From Candidatus Krumholzibacteriia bacterium (lineage in GTDB: Bacteria > Krumholzibacteriota > Krumholzibacteriia > LZORAL124-64-63): a stretch of DNA of 64,000 nt. Every line of letters starts with the position of its first letter. The first letter of the stretch is position 1. The position numbers were made by a program, and so were the translations under genes. The DNA lies in contig JADGDU010000015.1 of NCBI GenBank assembly GCA_016744705.1, positions 49,263 to 113,262 on the forward strand, given 5' to 3'. Under the pieces are notes generated by a model, which was not told the DNA's origin, searched no databases, and saw nothing but the letters and a program-made list of their open reading frames with translations. Below are positions 19,922 through 30,243 of this stretch, piece after piece.

Positions 19922-21109
19922 TTATTTCAGCCAGTTTCCCAGGGCCACTCCCAGGAAGGTGGCCACGGCGTAACCCAGTGTTCCGCACAAAATAGCCGGC
20001 AGCACCAAACTCTTCCAGCCCCGGGCCACGGCCATGGCTGCGGCTGTGGTGGGGCCGCCCATGTTGGCATTGCTGGCGATGATGATTTCTTTCAGGTCCA
20101 ACTTCAGTAATTTTCCGGCGGTGAGCAGGAAAATCAGGTGGATGGTCAGGATCAGACCCGCGAAAAGGAAGAGCGAAGGCCCCACCTTCAGGACAGTTCC
20201 CACATGGGCACTGGCTCCGATGACGGCAAAAAATATCTGCATAAAGAAGGAGCCAATGGTCGAGGCACCTTTCAAGCGCTTCATGGCACCAGGCATAGCC
20301 GTGGCCATCAAGACCGTTAGGGCCGTCACCACCAGAATTCCGCCCCCTTTCCAACTCATGATTTCCGCCAGCCAGAACCCCAGAGCGCACAGTCCCAGGG
20401 CCAGAGTCAGGCTCACGGTGGTGCCCAACATGTCCGGCATGGTGGTGCCTGAATCCAGGTCGTCATCATTCAATACGGGTTCAGCTTTTTCCTGTCGTTT
20501 GAGAAATAAGCGAGAGAGCCACCCCACACCAGGTAATGCAAATAGCACCAGAAAATAGAGGGCCATTACTAAATTGTCAGCCGCCACTCCGGCGGTGGTG
20601 AGGCTGCCTGATTCAAGGTTCACAGCTTCAGCGGCGGCGGCGAAGTTCATGGACCCGCCGATGTAGGTGGCCGAAAAAATACTGGCCAACTGCCAGCCGT
20701 GCTCTCCCAAGGGCACCAGCCGAAAGGCTACGATGGTGCCGATGATGGTGCCCACTGCTCCCAGGCCAAAGGCCACCAGTGTCGGTCCCGCTTCCTTAAA
20801 AATGCGTTTGAGGTTGGCCTGGAATAAAAGCAGGGGAATGGCCAGGGGAACCAGCCGTCCCCAGGTGATGTCGTAAGCGGCCACGCCTTCAATAGGGATG
20901 ATACCAAGATTCGAAAGAGCAAAGGTGACGCCCATGGTCAGGACAACGGCAGAGAGTTTGCGTCCCCATTTTTGTTTCTCACCCCACAGGCCAAAGGCAG
21001 CGGCTCCCAACAAAATGGTCCACATCAGCCATACTTGATCTTTATCGATGAGTGTTTCAGAAGACATGGGGGCCTCTTTGAGGTTCTGGACAGTGGATGG
21101 TTTCATCAA
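19922..21109 (-). CDS. DUF819 family integral membrane protein (YjcL-like)
   Basis: About 12 TM segments. The sequence WLMWTILLGAAAFGLW...SNLGIIP...ATYIGGSMNFAAAAEAV is reminiscent of DUF819. Confidence 0.45.
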   Translation of the reverse strand: MMKPSTVQNLKEAPMSSETLIDKDQVWLMWTILLGAAAFGLWGEKQKWGRKLSAVVLTMGVTFALSNLGIIPIEGVAAYDITWGRLVPLAIPLLLFQANLKRIFKEAGPTLVAFGLGAVGTIIGTIVAFRLVPLGEHGWQLASIFSATYIGGSMNFAAAAEAVNLESGSLTTAGVAADNLVMALYFLVLFALPGVGWLSRLFLKRQEKAEPVLNDDDLDSGTTMPDMLGTTVSLTLALGLCALGFWLAEIMSWKGGGILVVTALTVLMATAMPGAMKRLKGASTIGSFFMQIFFAVIGASAHVGTVLKVGPSLFLFAGLILTIHLIFLLTAGKLLKLDLKEIIIASNANMGGPTTAAAMAVARGWKSLVLPAILCGTLGYAVATFLGVALGNWLK

Positions 21110-21250
21110 ATACAGGATAATGATGGGAGCATGCGTTCCCTCCAGGGTAATCTAACATGGGGACCCCGCTCCATGCTACCGGAAGATATGCTTCCATGGG
21201 TTGACAGCCTTGATCTTCCCGCTGATGATTAGCCCAAGGAGTGATACATC

Positions 21251-23431
21251 ATGGCCGACTTGTTCCCCACCGAGAATAGCGTTTCCGGCACCGTGAAGCG
21301 GGTGACTTTTCAAAGCCCCGAGTCGGGTTTCTGTGTCTTGCAGGTGGAAGTGCCTGGCCGGCAGGCTCTGGTCACGGTGGTGGGAACGGCGCCCGATATT
21401 AATCCCGGCCAGTGGGTGGAGGCCTCGGGAGAGTGGGTTCATGATCCCAAATTTGGGCGGCAATTGAAAGCGGATCAATTGCGCCTGAGCAAACCCACCA
21501 CCCTGGAGGGGATGCGGCGCTACCTGGGCTCGGGGTTGGTGCCTGGCATTGGCCCGGGATTTGCCGAACGCTTGATGGACGCCTTTGGACCCGAAGTCTT
21601 TGATGTCATTGAGAACCAACCCCAGCGTCTGTTGGAAGTGGAAGGCATTGGCCAGAAGCGCCACCAAAAGATTCTGGAATCCTGGTCCGACCAGAAGACG
21701 GTTCGGGAGATTATGGTATTCCTGCAGGGGCACGGTGTGAGTACAAACCTGGCCTTCCGGATTTTCAAACAGTATGGCACCGAGAGCATCGGCAAAGTGA
21801 CCCAGGATCCTTATTGCCTGGCCAGAGATATGCGAGGAGTGGGCTTCTTGAGCGCCGACCGCATTGCCTCAAATTTGGGTTTTTTGGGTGAAAACCGGAG
21901 CCGTGTGGCGGCCGGTGCCGAGCACATGTTACAGGAGATTTCCCGGGAAGGTCACACAGCTTATGCCCGGGAAGAGTTGCAAAGCCGGGTTGTGGAATTG
22001 TTGGATGTGGGGCAGCCGGTCGTGGTTTCGGCCATTGATGATGGTTTGGCCTCCGGGCGTCTGGTTTTGGTCCAAGGCACTGAATTGATCGCCCTCCAGA
22101 AACAGCACCGGGCCGAAAAAGAATTATCCCAGGATTTGCTTCGCTTGGCCCAAACCCCCCTTTCTGAAGCTGTAAAAGACCCGGACAAAGCCATTGCCTG
22201 GGTGGAAAAAGAAACGGGCCTGCAGTTGGCCCAGAGCCAGCGCATTGCTGTTGGCCAGGCCCTGTCCTGCCGCCTGCTGGTGATCACCGGTGGGCCGGGT
22301 GTGGGCAAAACGACCCTGCTGAATTCCATTCTGAAAATTCATCGCGCCAAAGGGAAGAGTGTGGTGGCCTGCGCCCCTACAGGCCGGGCTGCTCGCCGTT
22401 TGTCAGAGAGCACCGGGCTGGAGGCCAGCACCATCCATCGCCTGCTGGATTTCAATCCAGGCACTGGTGGTTTTCGTCATGACCGCGCCAACCCGCTGGG
22501 GGGCCAAGTTTTTGTGGTGGATGAGTTTTCCATGGTAGATGCCATGCTGGCCTGGCAACTTGTGCGAGCTTTGCCCAAAGATGCCCAGTTGCTTTTGGTG
22601 GGCGATGTGGATCAGTTACCGTCCGTAGGACCGGGACGGGTGTTGGCCGATGCCATCGATTCCGGGTGCTTGCCCGTGGCCAGACTGGAAGAAGTCTTCC
22701 GGCAGGCCGCCAGCAGTGCCATCGTCACCAATGCCCACCGAATCAACCGGGGTGAAGCCCCATTGCCAGGGGCCCGCGGTGCAGATGCTGGGCTGGAAGA
22801 CTTCTACTTTATCGAGCGCAATGACCCGGAAGCCATCGCCGATCTGGTGGTGGATCTGGTCTCCAATCGCTTGCCCAAACGATTAGCAGTAGACGCCATC
22901 GAAGATATTCAGGTGCTGACGCCCATGAAACGCGGAGAGTTGGGCACCAACAATTTGAACCACCGTCTGCAGGAAGTTCTGAACCCGGTGGGCCAATCAG
23001 TGAACCGTCAGGGAGCTGTGTGGCGGGTGGGCGATAAGGTGATGCAAACGGTCAACAACTACGATAAGGATGTTTTTAATGGGGACATCGGCGTGGTGGA
23101 GTCTGTGGATACGGCGGGGGAAGAGCTGTTGGTCCGTTTTGAGCGTGAGAGCGTGGACTATGATTTGCGGGATCTGGATGAGCTGATGCACTCATACGCC
23201 GTCAGCATCCACAAAAGCCAGGGCAGTGAGTTTCCGGTGGTGGTGATTCCACTGCATACCCAGCACTACATGCTGCTGCAGCGGAATTTGTTGTACACCG
23301 GGGTGACACGTGGACGGCAGTTGGTAGTCTTGGTGGGCAGCCGCCGGGCCGTTCAGGTGGCGGTGGGAAGGGCAGACAGTAACCAGCGTGTGACGATGTT
23401 GGAGGGTTTTTTAATGGGCGCTGAGCAATAA
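21251..23431 (+). CDS. recD2: ATP-dependent RecD-like DNA helicase (RecD2, SF1)
   Basis: N-terminal OB/HhH region. Walker A 'ITGGPGVGKTT', DEAD-like 'VVDEFSMVD', C-terminal 'AVSIHKSQGSEFPVVVIPL'. Confidence 0.85.
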   Translation: MADLFPTENSVSGTVKRVTFQSPESGFCVLQVEVPGRQALVTVVGTAPDINPGQWVEASGEWVHDPKFGRQLKADQLRLSKPTTLEGMRRYLGSGLVPGIGPGFAERLMDAFGPEVFDVIENQPQRLLEVEGIGQKRHQKILESWSDQKTVREIMVFLQGHGVSTNLAFRIFKQYGTESIGKVTQDPYCLARDMRGVGFLSADRIASNLGFLGENRSRVAAGAEHMLQEISREGHTAYAREELQSRVVELLDVGQPVVVSAIDDGLASGRLVLVQGTELIALQKQHRAEKELSQDLLRLAQTPLSEAVKDPDKAIAWVEKETGLQLAQSQRIAVGQALSCRLLVITGGPGVGKTTLLNSILKIHRAKGKSVVACAPTGRAARRLSESTGLEASTIHRLLDFNPGTGGFRHDRANPLGGQVFVVDEFSMVDAMLAWQLVRALPKDAQLLLVGDVDQLPSVGPGRVLADAIDSGCLPVARLEEVFRQAASSAIVTNAHRINRGEAPLPGARGADAGLEDFYFIERNDPEAIADLVVDLVSNRLPKRLAVDAIEDIQVLTPMKRGELGTNNLNHRLQEVLNPVGQSVNRQGAVWRVGDKVMQTVNNYDKDVFNGDIGVVESVDTAGEELLVRFERESVDYDLRDLDELMHSYAVSIHKSQGSEFPVVVIPLHTQHYMLLQRNLLYTGVTRGRQLVVLVGSRRAVQVAVGRADSNQRVTMLEGFLMGAEQ

Positions 23432-23538
23432 TTATTAGCATTAATTGACCATCCTTTTAGAATAGCTTTCCTGATGCTACTACTCATATCAACCGGGGCC
23501 AGGCTTTGCCCCAAAATTGGACCCCGGAGGAGAATCTT

Positions 23539-24153
23539 ATGGAATTGCTCGATGTGCTGGAAAAACGCTGCAGTGTGCGCCACTTCAAAGATGAACCCGT
23601 GCCAGTGGATGATTTGAAAGAGATGATCCGGCGTGCGGCTTTGGCCCCCAGCGTCAACAACTCTCAGCAGTGGAAATTTCTGGTGGTCACCAATGCCGAT
23701 AAGCTACGCCAAATGGGCGAATTGGTAGAGCGGAAGATTGATCTCATGTTTCCTGATGGTGACCAGAATACGATTCAAACGGTAAAACATTTCTCTACTG
23801 TTTTCGCCCGCTCTCCTGCCACTGTTTTTGTGCTCACCCAGCCTTACCGCGCCCTTGCCGAACGGATGGTCTCGCCTGAATTAGTGGCTGCTGATCTCAA
23901 TGCCCAGCGCAAGTTTCCCAACTATCAGAGCGCGGCCGCAGCCGTACAGAATTTTCTTTTGAGCGCTGTGGATATGGGATATGGCGCCTGTTGGTTGAGT
24001 GGCCTCATGGTGGCCGAAGATGCCTTGAAAGAAAGCCTTAAAATTGAAGAGCCCTGGGAAATGGTCACTGCCATTGCCGTGGGGAAGCCTGAACGCCAGT
24101 GCGACCCCAAACCCCGGCAACCGTTTGATGAGATTTTTGAGCTCATCGATTGA
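23539..24153 (+). CDS. Nitroreductase family protein
   Basis: MELLDVLEKRCSVRHFKDEPVPVDDLKEMIRRAALAPSVNNSQQWKFLVV is the classic nitroreductase N-terminus. Confidence 0.7.
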   Translation: MELLDVLEKRCSVRHFKDEPVPVDDLKEMIRRAALAPSVNNSQQWKFLVVTNADKLRQMGELVERKIDLMFPDGDQNTIQTVKHFSTVFARSPATVFVLTQPYRALAERMVSPELVAADLNAQRKFPNYQSAAAAVQNFLLSAVDMGYGACWLSGLMVAEDALKESLKIEEPWEMVTAIAVGKPERQCDPKPRQPFDEIFELID

Positions 24154-24266
24154 GGGACGCCGGCAGGTGGCCAGCTGAATGAGCTTAAAGAGTGGCGGAT
24201 TTCTGAGGTGTGAGTATGGTCGGCATCATGCTCGCACCCGTTTTTTATTCCATTTGAAAGGGCCTC

Positions 24267-24629
24267 ATGTCTGACATTAGTACCAAGGACGATATCGAAA
24301 AACTCATGACTCTCTTCTACGATCGCCTATTGGATAACCCCATTGCTGCGCCAATTTTTTCTGGCACGGATATGGAAAAGCACATGCCCCGGGTTATTGC
24401 TTTCTGGGATGGCATTGCTTTTGGCGGAGGCACCTATCGGGGAGTTCCTTTCGATCCCCACGTACCACTGGATTTGAAGAGTGAGCATTTTGTGATCTGG
24501 TTTGAAACATTTTGCGGCACCCTCGATGATCTTTTTGAAGGTCCCATTGTGGCGAAGCTGAAAGAACGGGCTCGCTCCATTGCTTTTATTTTCAGCCACA
24601 AGCTGGGGTTGGAAGCGCCTGAAATTTGA
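24267..24629 (+). CDS. Group III truncated haemoglobin (Ctb-like 2/2 globin)
   Basis: The pattern LMTLFYDRL...IFS...W..H......FWDGIAFGGGTYRGVPFDPHVPL...FVIWFETF matches Campylobacter Ctb-type trHbIII. Confidence 0.6.
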   Translation: MSDISTKDDIEKLMTLFYDRLLDNPIAAPIFSGTDMEKHMPRVIAFWDGIAFGGGTYRGVPFDPHVPLDLKSEHFVIWFETFCGTLDDLFEGPIVAKLKERARSIAFIFSHKLGLEAPEI

Positions 24630-24651
24630 AGTGGGTTTCCAGCGGAGAAAG

Positions 24652-24673
24652 AAGCTCCCCTCAAGGGGAGCTT
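24652..24673. terminator. Bidirectional hairpin between convergent genes (trHb + / membrane protein -)
   Basis: aagctcccc-tcaa-ggggagctt, a perfect 9-bp stem. Confidence 0.5.
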
Positions 24674-24682
24674 GGGGATGGA

Positions 24683-26215
24683 TTATTGAGAGAGTTTTTC
24701 TCGTATACTGATGCGGGTTTTCTCATTTCCGGGATCCCAAACCGCAGGACGATCAGCATACCAGGGAGCAGCTGAAGTATGGGCGAAAGGCACGTCTGCC
24801 TGGTCGTTCTTCAGCTCCTCGGTATTCTTTTCCAGAGAAGAAACCTGGTGCTGGGCCTGCTGGGCAGCAAATTCCCATCCCGGCAGATCCTGCAGAGAAA
24901 CTTTAATGACCAACCCGCTTAGAATCATCACTGGTAAAATCAGCAACTTCTTATTCTTCCACCTCGCTAAAGCCAGGCCAGCCAGGGAAGACAGTTCCCA
25001 TGCTATCAGCGGATATAGCACCATCAAGTGCCTCACACTGTGATCAAAAAATGAGTACTGGATGATTAATAAAACCAGGGTCACTGCGGCCACCACCAAA
25101 GGACCAAGAGCTGAGTCATGGGGGATGATGGTCATGGGGTGTTCGGCGTTGGGGCGTAGAGGACAAGGCCGCTTATCAACACTGCCGCGTAGATAGACCA
25201 CCAAAGCCAAAGCCATCACTACTAATCCGGCCCAGGGGAAAAGCCGGCCCAGATTCTGGAAATAAAACTCTAATCCACGGACAAATTTGCGTAGCAAGGG
25301 GACAGGATCTCCAGAGAGGACTTTGCCCAGAGGTTGTGGTTGGAGTTGTTGGTATACGCAATAGCCTGGAAAAAGGCGCGTATCTTTCACCAACTCCGAT
25401 TGGCTCTGAAGAGAGAAAAAAGGATCACCTGTGACTTGGGCATTGCGCAGCAGCCAGGGCAGGTTGGCCAAGACTACCATCAACAGGGCCAGCATAAGAT
25501 TGCGATTCCAGAATGCGGGAACGGGTGAATCATCCCGGCGAGCCAGCACACGCAATTCCTGGCGGCCCCAAAGCCACCACAACAGAGGCAGCCAGATCAA
25601 ATCCCAGCGCAGGAGGGTCAGGGCTCCCAGCAGCAATCCATCCATGAGGTCGGGGTTGTGTGCTGTGATGTTTCGGTTTCGCAACCAGAGCAGCAAGAGC
25701 AGCAAGCCAGCCGGTAGCTCCACGAATGCCCAATCCACGGCAAAATTCAGCAAAGGGCTCATCATCAACATAACAAGCCAAATGGCGGTGCCTTGGAAAT
25801 TGTGTCTGGCCAGATGAAACCTTATTCCCACCCAGGACAGCAGGCCGAAAAAGAAAATCTGCAACCACCGAACGCGGTGCACAGCAGCGGCTGGCTCATC
25901 CTCAACTCCCACCATGGGAACCGTCAAAAGCATGGCAAATCCAGGCCCCCGGTGGATCAGGGGCTGGGGCAATTCCTGAGCAAAATCAAAGGCAAACGAT
26001 AGGGGGTAGGTCACGTCTGTGACAAAACCATCGCCCCGCAACAGATGCCGGGCCACTGACAAATGCGTATACACATCGCTGGTTTGCAAATGCGGCCGCG
26101 CCGGATGCAGCGCTACCCAGATGGTAATAAAAAGGAGGGCGGCCAGCAGGCCACCCCCCAAACGGAATTTGCGTTCCCGCGGAGTCGTCGACGGGAAATC
26201 AATCCGCTTTTTCAT
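24683..26215 (-). CDS. Polytopic membrane protein, putative GT-C fold glycosyltransferase (ArnT/PMT/family-39-like)
   Basis: A 510-aa protein with more than 10 TM helices, an N-terminal cytoplasmic basic stretch and loop motifs. The assignment is by architecture only. Confidence 0.35.
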   Translation of the reverse strand: MKKRIDFPSTTPRERKFRLGGGLLAALLFITIWVALHPARPHLQTSDVYTHLSVARHLLRGDGFVTDVTYPLSFAFDFAQELPQPLIHRGPGFAMLLTVPMVGVEDEPAAAVHRVRWLQIFFFGLLSWVGIRFHLARHNFQGTAIWLVMLMMSPLLNFAVDWAFVELPAGLLLLLLWLRNRNITAHNPDLMDGLLLGALTLLRWDLIWLPLLWWLWGRQELRVLARRDDSPVPAFWNRNLMLALLMVVLANLPWLLRNAQVTGDPFFSLQSQSELVKDTRLFPGYCVYQQLQPQPLGKVLSGDPVPLLRKFVRGLEFYFQNLGRLFPWAGLVVMALALVVYLRGSVDKRPCPLRPNAEHPMTIIPHDSALGPLVVAAVTLVLLIIQYSFFDHSVRHLMVLYPLIAWELSSLAGLALARWKNKKLLILPVMILSGLVIKVSLQDLPGWEFAAQQAQHQVSSLEKNTEELKNDQADVPFAHTSAAPWYADRPAVWDPGNEKTRISIREKLSQ

Positions 26216-26233
26216 GATCGGGTCCGTAGCATA

Positions 26234-26806
26234 TCAGTTGCCGCGGCTGCCGGGTTTGACCACTTCCTGGCCATCTTTGCACAGAGGACATTCTTCCGGT
26301 TTCCAGGTTTGCACCACAACCTTGGCCAGGGAATTTAAAGGCAGAGGCAGGCCGGCGTCGCCACCGGTGCGGTCGATGATGCTGGTGACGCCCACGACCT
26401 TGCCGCCGGCTTTCTCCACACATTCGATCACTTCCAGGACGCTGGTTCCCCGGGTCACCACATCTTCGGCGATGATAACTTTTTCGCCTTCTTCAATGGC
26501 AAAGCCGCGGCGGATCTGCATCACGCCATCAACCCGTTCGGTGAATACAAAACGGCGGCCACTGGCCCTGGCCACTTCGTGCCCGATGAGGATGCCGCCC
26601 ATGGCGGGGCTGACCACCAGATCGCAGGGCGTGTCTTTGAAGAAACCGGCCATGGCTGCGCCCAGTTCTTTGGCCAGTTCGGGAAACTGTAAGATGCGGG
26701 CGCACTGAAAATAGCGATCACTGTGCAGGCCGCTGCTGAGAAGGAAGTGGCCTGAGTGCAGGGCTCCCAGTTCTTCCATCAAATTCAGGACTTTATCTTC
26801 GGTCAT
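26234..26806 (-). CDS. pyrE: Orotate phosphoribosyltransferase
   Basis: PRPP-binding motif 'VIIAEDVVTRGTS'; overall PyrE-like 190 aa. Confidence 0.85.
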   Translation of the reverse strand: MTEDKVLNLMEELGALHSGHFLLSSGLHSDRYFQCARILQFPELAKELGAAMAGFFKDTPCDLVVSPAMGGILIGHEVARASGRRFVFTERVDGVMQIRRGFAIEEGEKVIIAEDVVTRGTSVLEVIECVEKAGGKVVGVTSIIDRTGGDAGLPLPLNSLAKVVVQTWKPEECPLCKDGQEVVKPGSRGN

Positions 26807-26820
26807 GCCACAATCCTCCG

Positions 26821-27570
26821 TTATTCCATGTCGTTGGCGATGGCCACCAAGGCGGCAGCCGGGTCGTTGGCTTTGGTGATGGGGCGGCCCACCACAAGGA
26901 AATCGGCGCCCAGGTCCACGGCCATGCGGGGCGTGGTGACGCGGTGTTGGTCGTCGGTGGCGGCGCCGGCCATGCGGATACCAGGGGTGATGACCAGAGG
27001 TTCATCTCCCACGGCCTTGCGCAATACGGGTAGGTCGGCGGCGCTACACACCATACCGTCACACCCGCAATCCCAGGCCAGGGCAGCCAAACGGCCCACG
27101 CTGTCGTTCAGGTTGTCACTGCTGGGACGCACTTCGGTAATTTCTTCTTCGGATAAGCTGGTCAATACCGTGACAGCCAAAAGAGCAGGGCGGACGGCCC
27201 CCTCCGGCACCGGGGCCGTAGCCAGAGCTTTGGCGGCAGCTTCCATGGCCCCTCGACCAGCCGAGGCATGCATGGTGCACAGGCTGGCACCCATGGCGGC
27301 GGCCATTTTAGCAGCGGAGGCCACGGTGTTGGGGATGTCGTGGTATTTCAGGTCCAAAAAGATGTTGCGGTCCATTTCCCGCAGGCTGCGCACCACATCA
27401 GGGCCAGCAGCGGAAAAGAGTTCAAGGCCCACTTTCACGAAACCACCATCGGTGCCCAAACTGCCTGCCAGTTCCAGAGCCTGGGTCTGCCCGGGAACGT
27501 CCAGGGCGGTGATCACACGCCGGTTGGCGGGCAGGTTACGAAGATGTTGGATCAGGTTTTCTCGGTTCAT
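26821..27570 (-). CDS. pyrF: Orotidine 5'-phosphate decarboxylase
   Basis: VITALDVP...FVKVGLELF...IFLDLKYHDIPNTV are catalytic Asp/Lys motifs of OMPdecase. Confidence 0.85.
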   Translation of the reverse strand: MNRENLIQHLRNLPANRRVITALDVPGQTQALELAGSLGTDGGFVKVGLELFSAAGPDVVRSLREMDRNIFLDLKYHDIPNTVASAAKMAAAMGASLCTMHASAGRGAMEAAAKALATAPVPEGAVRPALLAVTVLTSLSEEEITEVRPSSDNLNDSVGRLAALAWDCGCDGMVCSAADLPVLRKAVGDEPLVITPGIRMAGAATDDQHRVTTPRMAVDLGADFLVVGRPITKANDPAAALVAIANDME

Positions 27571-27723
27571 TAAGCTCTCCGGGGCTTGATTTGTCTTGCC
27601 GTCATACGCCGTTTACTACTAATCTTCTAACAGGCGCGGGACCGGAATGCAAATCCATTTCACAGGTCCCACCGGTGGGTTGTGCCAATTGGTACCTATT
27701 TTACACATTTAAGGGGTTTTGTC

Positions 27724-28983
27724 GTGCTGGATCGTAAATATCTTCGTGAAAACCAGGAATTGGTCACCCGGGCCGTGGCTCTGAAAAACGAATCCGTGGA
27801 CATTGGTGCCTATTATGCCAAGGACACCGAACGCCGGGCAGCCCTGCAGGAGATGGAAACACTCCAGGCCGAGGCCAACAAGGCCAACAAAGCCATCAGC
27901 GAGAAAAAGAAGGCCGGAGAGGATGCCTCCGGTGCCATCGCAGCCATGAAAGAAGTTTCGGGAAAGGTCAAAATTCTGAAATCCCGCGCTTCCGAACTGG
28001 AGGCCGAAGTGGATGCCCTTTATATGTGCATTCCCAACATTCCTCACGAAAGTGCTCCCGAAGGTGGCGAAGAGAATAACGAAACTGTACGCACCTGGGG
28101 CGAACCGGTGGATCCCGATTTTGAAGTATTGCCCCATTGGGAAATTGGCGAAGATCTGAACATTTACCATCCGGAGCGCAGCAGCCGCATGAGTGGTCGG
28201 GGTTTCACTGTGCTCTCCGGTGGTGGTGCCCGTCTTGAGCGAGCCCTCATCAATTGGTTTCTGGATGTGCACATGGAGCAGGGTTACACCGAATTCAGCA
28301 TCCCCTTCCTGGCCAACCGCACGGCTCTCACTGGCACCGGCCAGTTGCCCAAGCTGGAAGATGACATGTATTTGGCCACAGAGGATGACCTCTTTCTTAT
28401 CCCCACAGCTGAAGTGACCATCACCAACATACACATGAAAGAGACTCTCCAGCTGGAAAGCATGCCCCGGCAGTACACCGCAGCCTCGGCCTGTTTCCGG
28501 CGGGAAGCGGGAGCTGCGGGCAAGGATACCCGGGGCCTGGTCCGGGTGCATCAATTCAACAAAGTTGAAATGGTGAAGTTTGTGGATCCCGAGACTTCCT
28601 GGGATGAACTGGAGAAACTGACCGCCGATGCCGAATACTTGCTGCAGCAACTGAAATTGCCTTACCGTGTGCTGAGCCTGGCCACGGGCGATCTCAGCTT
28701 TGCCGCCTGCAAATGTTATGACCTGGAAGTGTATTCCGCTGGCGTAAAGTCCTGGCTGGAAGTCTCCTCCTGCAGCAATTTCCTGGATTTCCAGGCCCGC
28801 CGTGCCGGAATCCGTTTTAAGGGTGATGGACGCAAGGGTTATGTGCACACCATCAACGGGTCTGGCCTGGCGCTGCCCCGTATTCTGGTGGCGATCATGG
28901 AGAATTACCAGACAGCGGATGGCCGCATCCGCATCCCCGAAGTTTTGGTGCCCTACATGGGCGGAGCGGAGTTCATCGAGTAG
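27724..28983 (+). CDS. serS: Seryl-tRNA synthetase
   Basis: The N-terminal coiled coil and class II motifs (FRREAGAAGKDTRGLVRVHQFNKVE; GSGLALPR) are present. The GTG at 27724 gives M-LDRKYLREN, aligning with the canonical MLDxxLLR. An in-frame ATG at 27682 is the alternative. Confidence 0.85.
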   Translation: MLDRKYLRENQELVTRAVALKNESVDIGAYYAKDTERRAALQEMETLQAEANKANKAISEKKKAGEDASGAIAAMKEVSGKVKILKSRASELEAEVDALYMCIPNIPHESAPEGGEENNETVRTWGEPVDPDFEVLPHWEIGEDLNIYHPERSSRMSGRGFTVLSGGGARLERALINWFLDVHMEQGYTEFSIPFLANRTALTGTGQLPKLEDDMYLATEDDLFLIPTAEVTITNIHMKETLQLESMPRQYTAASACFRREAGAAGKDTRGLVRVHQFNKVEMVKFVDPETSWDELEKLTADAEYLLQQLKLPYRVLSLATGDLSFAACKCYDLEVYSAGVKSWLEVSSCSNFLDFQARRAGIRFKGDGRKGYVHTINGSGLALPRILVAIMENYQTADGRIRIPEVLVPYMGGAEFIE

Positions 28984-28984
28984 G

Positions 28985-30232
28985 ATGCTGACCAAAATTT
29001 GGCAAACAGGAATTCCCTGGCTGCGCAAGCGGTACGTATTCAATATTTATCTGCTTCTGGGCAGCCTGAGCATTGTTGTGGCCACGACCATTTTCACATT
29101 CAAGGTTTCCAAAAGTGTCGAGCGCCAAAGTTTCCTCACCACCAAGCTTTTGTCTGGTGTGGCCAGCCGTTTGTTCTCTGCTGAAAATGTTGAAGATGTG
29201 CTACCGATCATTGCCATCATCAACGAGAATGAAGTGCCTTTCATTCTGACAGATAATGCTGGGCGGCCCTTCATGTGGAACCCGCCGGTGATCGGAATCC
29301 CTTTGCCCAACTACCAGATTTTGCTCACGGAAAATGTGAATAGCACCCGCAATCCGGTGATTCTGGAAATCCTATCTCTGGCTGCGAAATATGACATGGA
29401 GCAAGAACCGTTTGCCATCGTGGACGAAAATGGAGTCCGCAAGGGAACCCTGCATTATGGTCGTTCGGCGTTGAGCCAGCGGTTGCGCATCATGCCCTAT
29501 CTTGAACTGATGATCATGGCGTTGTTTTTCCTGCTGATCCTTTGGGCGCTGCAAAGCAAGAAGGACGCCCAACAACAGGCCCTGTTCGCCGGAATGGCCA
29601 AAGAAACAGCGCACCAGTTGGGCACTCCATTGACCTCGATCATGGGCTGGATTGCTTTGTTGGAAGACAAGGTGGGAAAAGATAAAGAAGTTATGGTGGA
29701 GCTGAACCGCGATGTGGACCGGCTGAGCATGATCTCTACCCGATTTGGCCAGATAGGCTCGTTGCCCAAGTTGCAGGATACCGACCTGAACGAACTGGTG
29801 GACGAGTCGGTGGAGTATTTTCAAAAACGTCTGCCCCATCACGGGGGCCGTGTGCAACTCAGGCGTGAAGGCCAGGCCAGCCAGTTGGTGAGCTTTAACC
29901 GGGACTTGATGGGCTGGGTTTTGGAGAACCTGATCCGCAACGGCATCGACGCTTTGGTGGATGGAAAAGGCACCATCACCGTGCGGGTGGAGGATCATCC
30001 AGCGGGTGGTTTGTTGATCTCAGTGGCCGATACGGGCAAGGGTATCCCGGCCCGGGTGGGGAACAAAATCTTTGAACCCGGTTTCACCACAAAGAAGCGT
30101 GGCTGGGGCATGGGACTGGCTCTGGTCAAACGCATCGTCACCGATTACCACAGCGGCCGCATCACCGTGGAGGCCACCAGTAGCCACGGCACAACTTTTC
30201 ACGTGGTTTTACCGCCGATGTTGGAACAATAA
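28985..30232 (+). CDS. Sensor histidine kinase (2 TM, small periplasmic loop; PorY-like)
   Basis: The ATG at 28985 is 1 nt after the serS stop. TM1 is YVFNIYLLLGSLSIVVATTIFTF. The H-box is 'ETAHQLGTPLTSIMGW'. HATPase G-boxes are 'TGKGIP...GWGMGLALV'. Confidence 0.75.
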   Translation: MLTKIWQTGIPWLRKRYVFNIYLLLGSLSIVVATTIFTFKVSKSVERQSFLTTKLLSGVASRLFSAENVEDVLPIIAIINENEVPFILTDNAGRPFMWNPPVIGIPLPNYQILLTENVNSTRNPVILEILSLAAKYDMEQEPFAIVDENGVRKGTLHYGRSALSQRLRIMPYLELMIMALFFLLILWALQSKKDAQQQALFAGMAKETAHQLGTPLTSIMGWIALLEDKVGKDKEVMVELNRDVDRLSMISTRFGQIGSLPKLQDTDLNELVDESVEYFQKRLPHHGGRVQLRREGQASQLVSFNRDLMGWVLENLIRNGIDALVDGKGTITVRVEDHPAGGLLISVADTGKGIPARVGNKIFEPGFTTKKRGWGMGLALVKRIVTDYHSGRITVEATSSHGTTFHVVLPPMLEQ

Positions 30233-30243
30233 AGGAGCCTGTT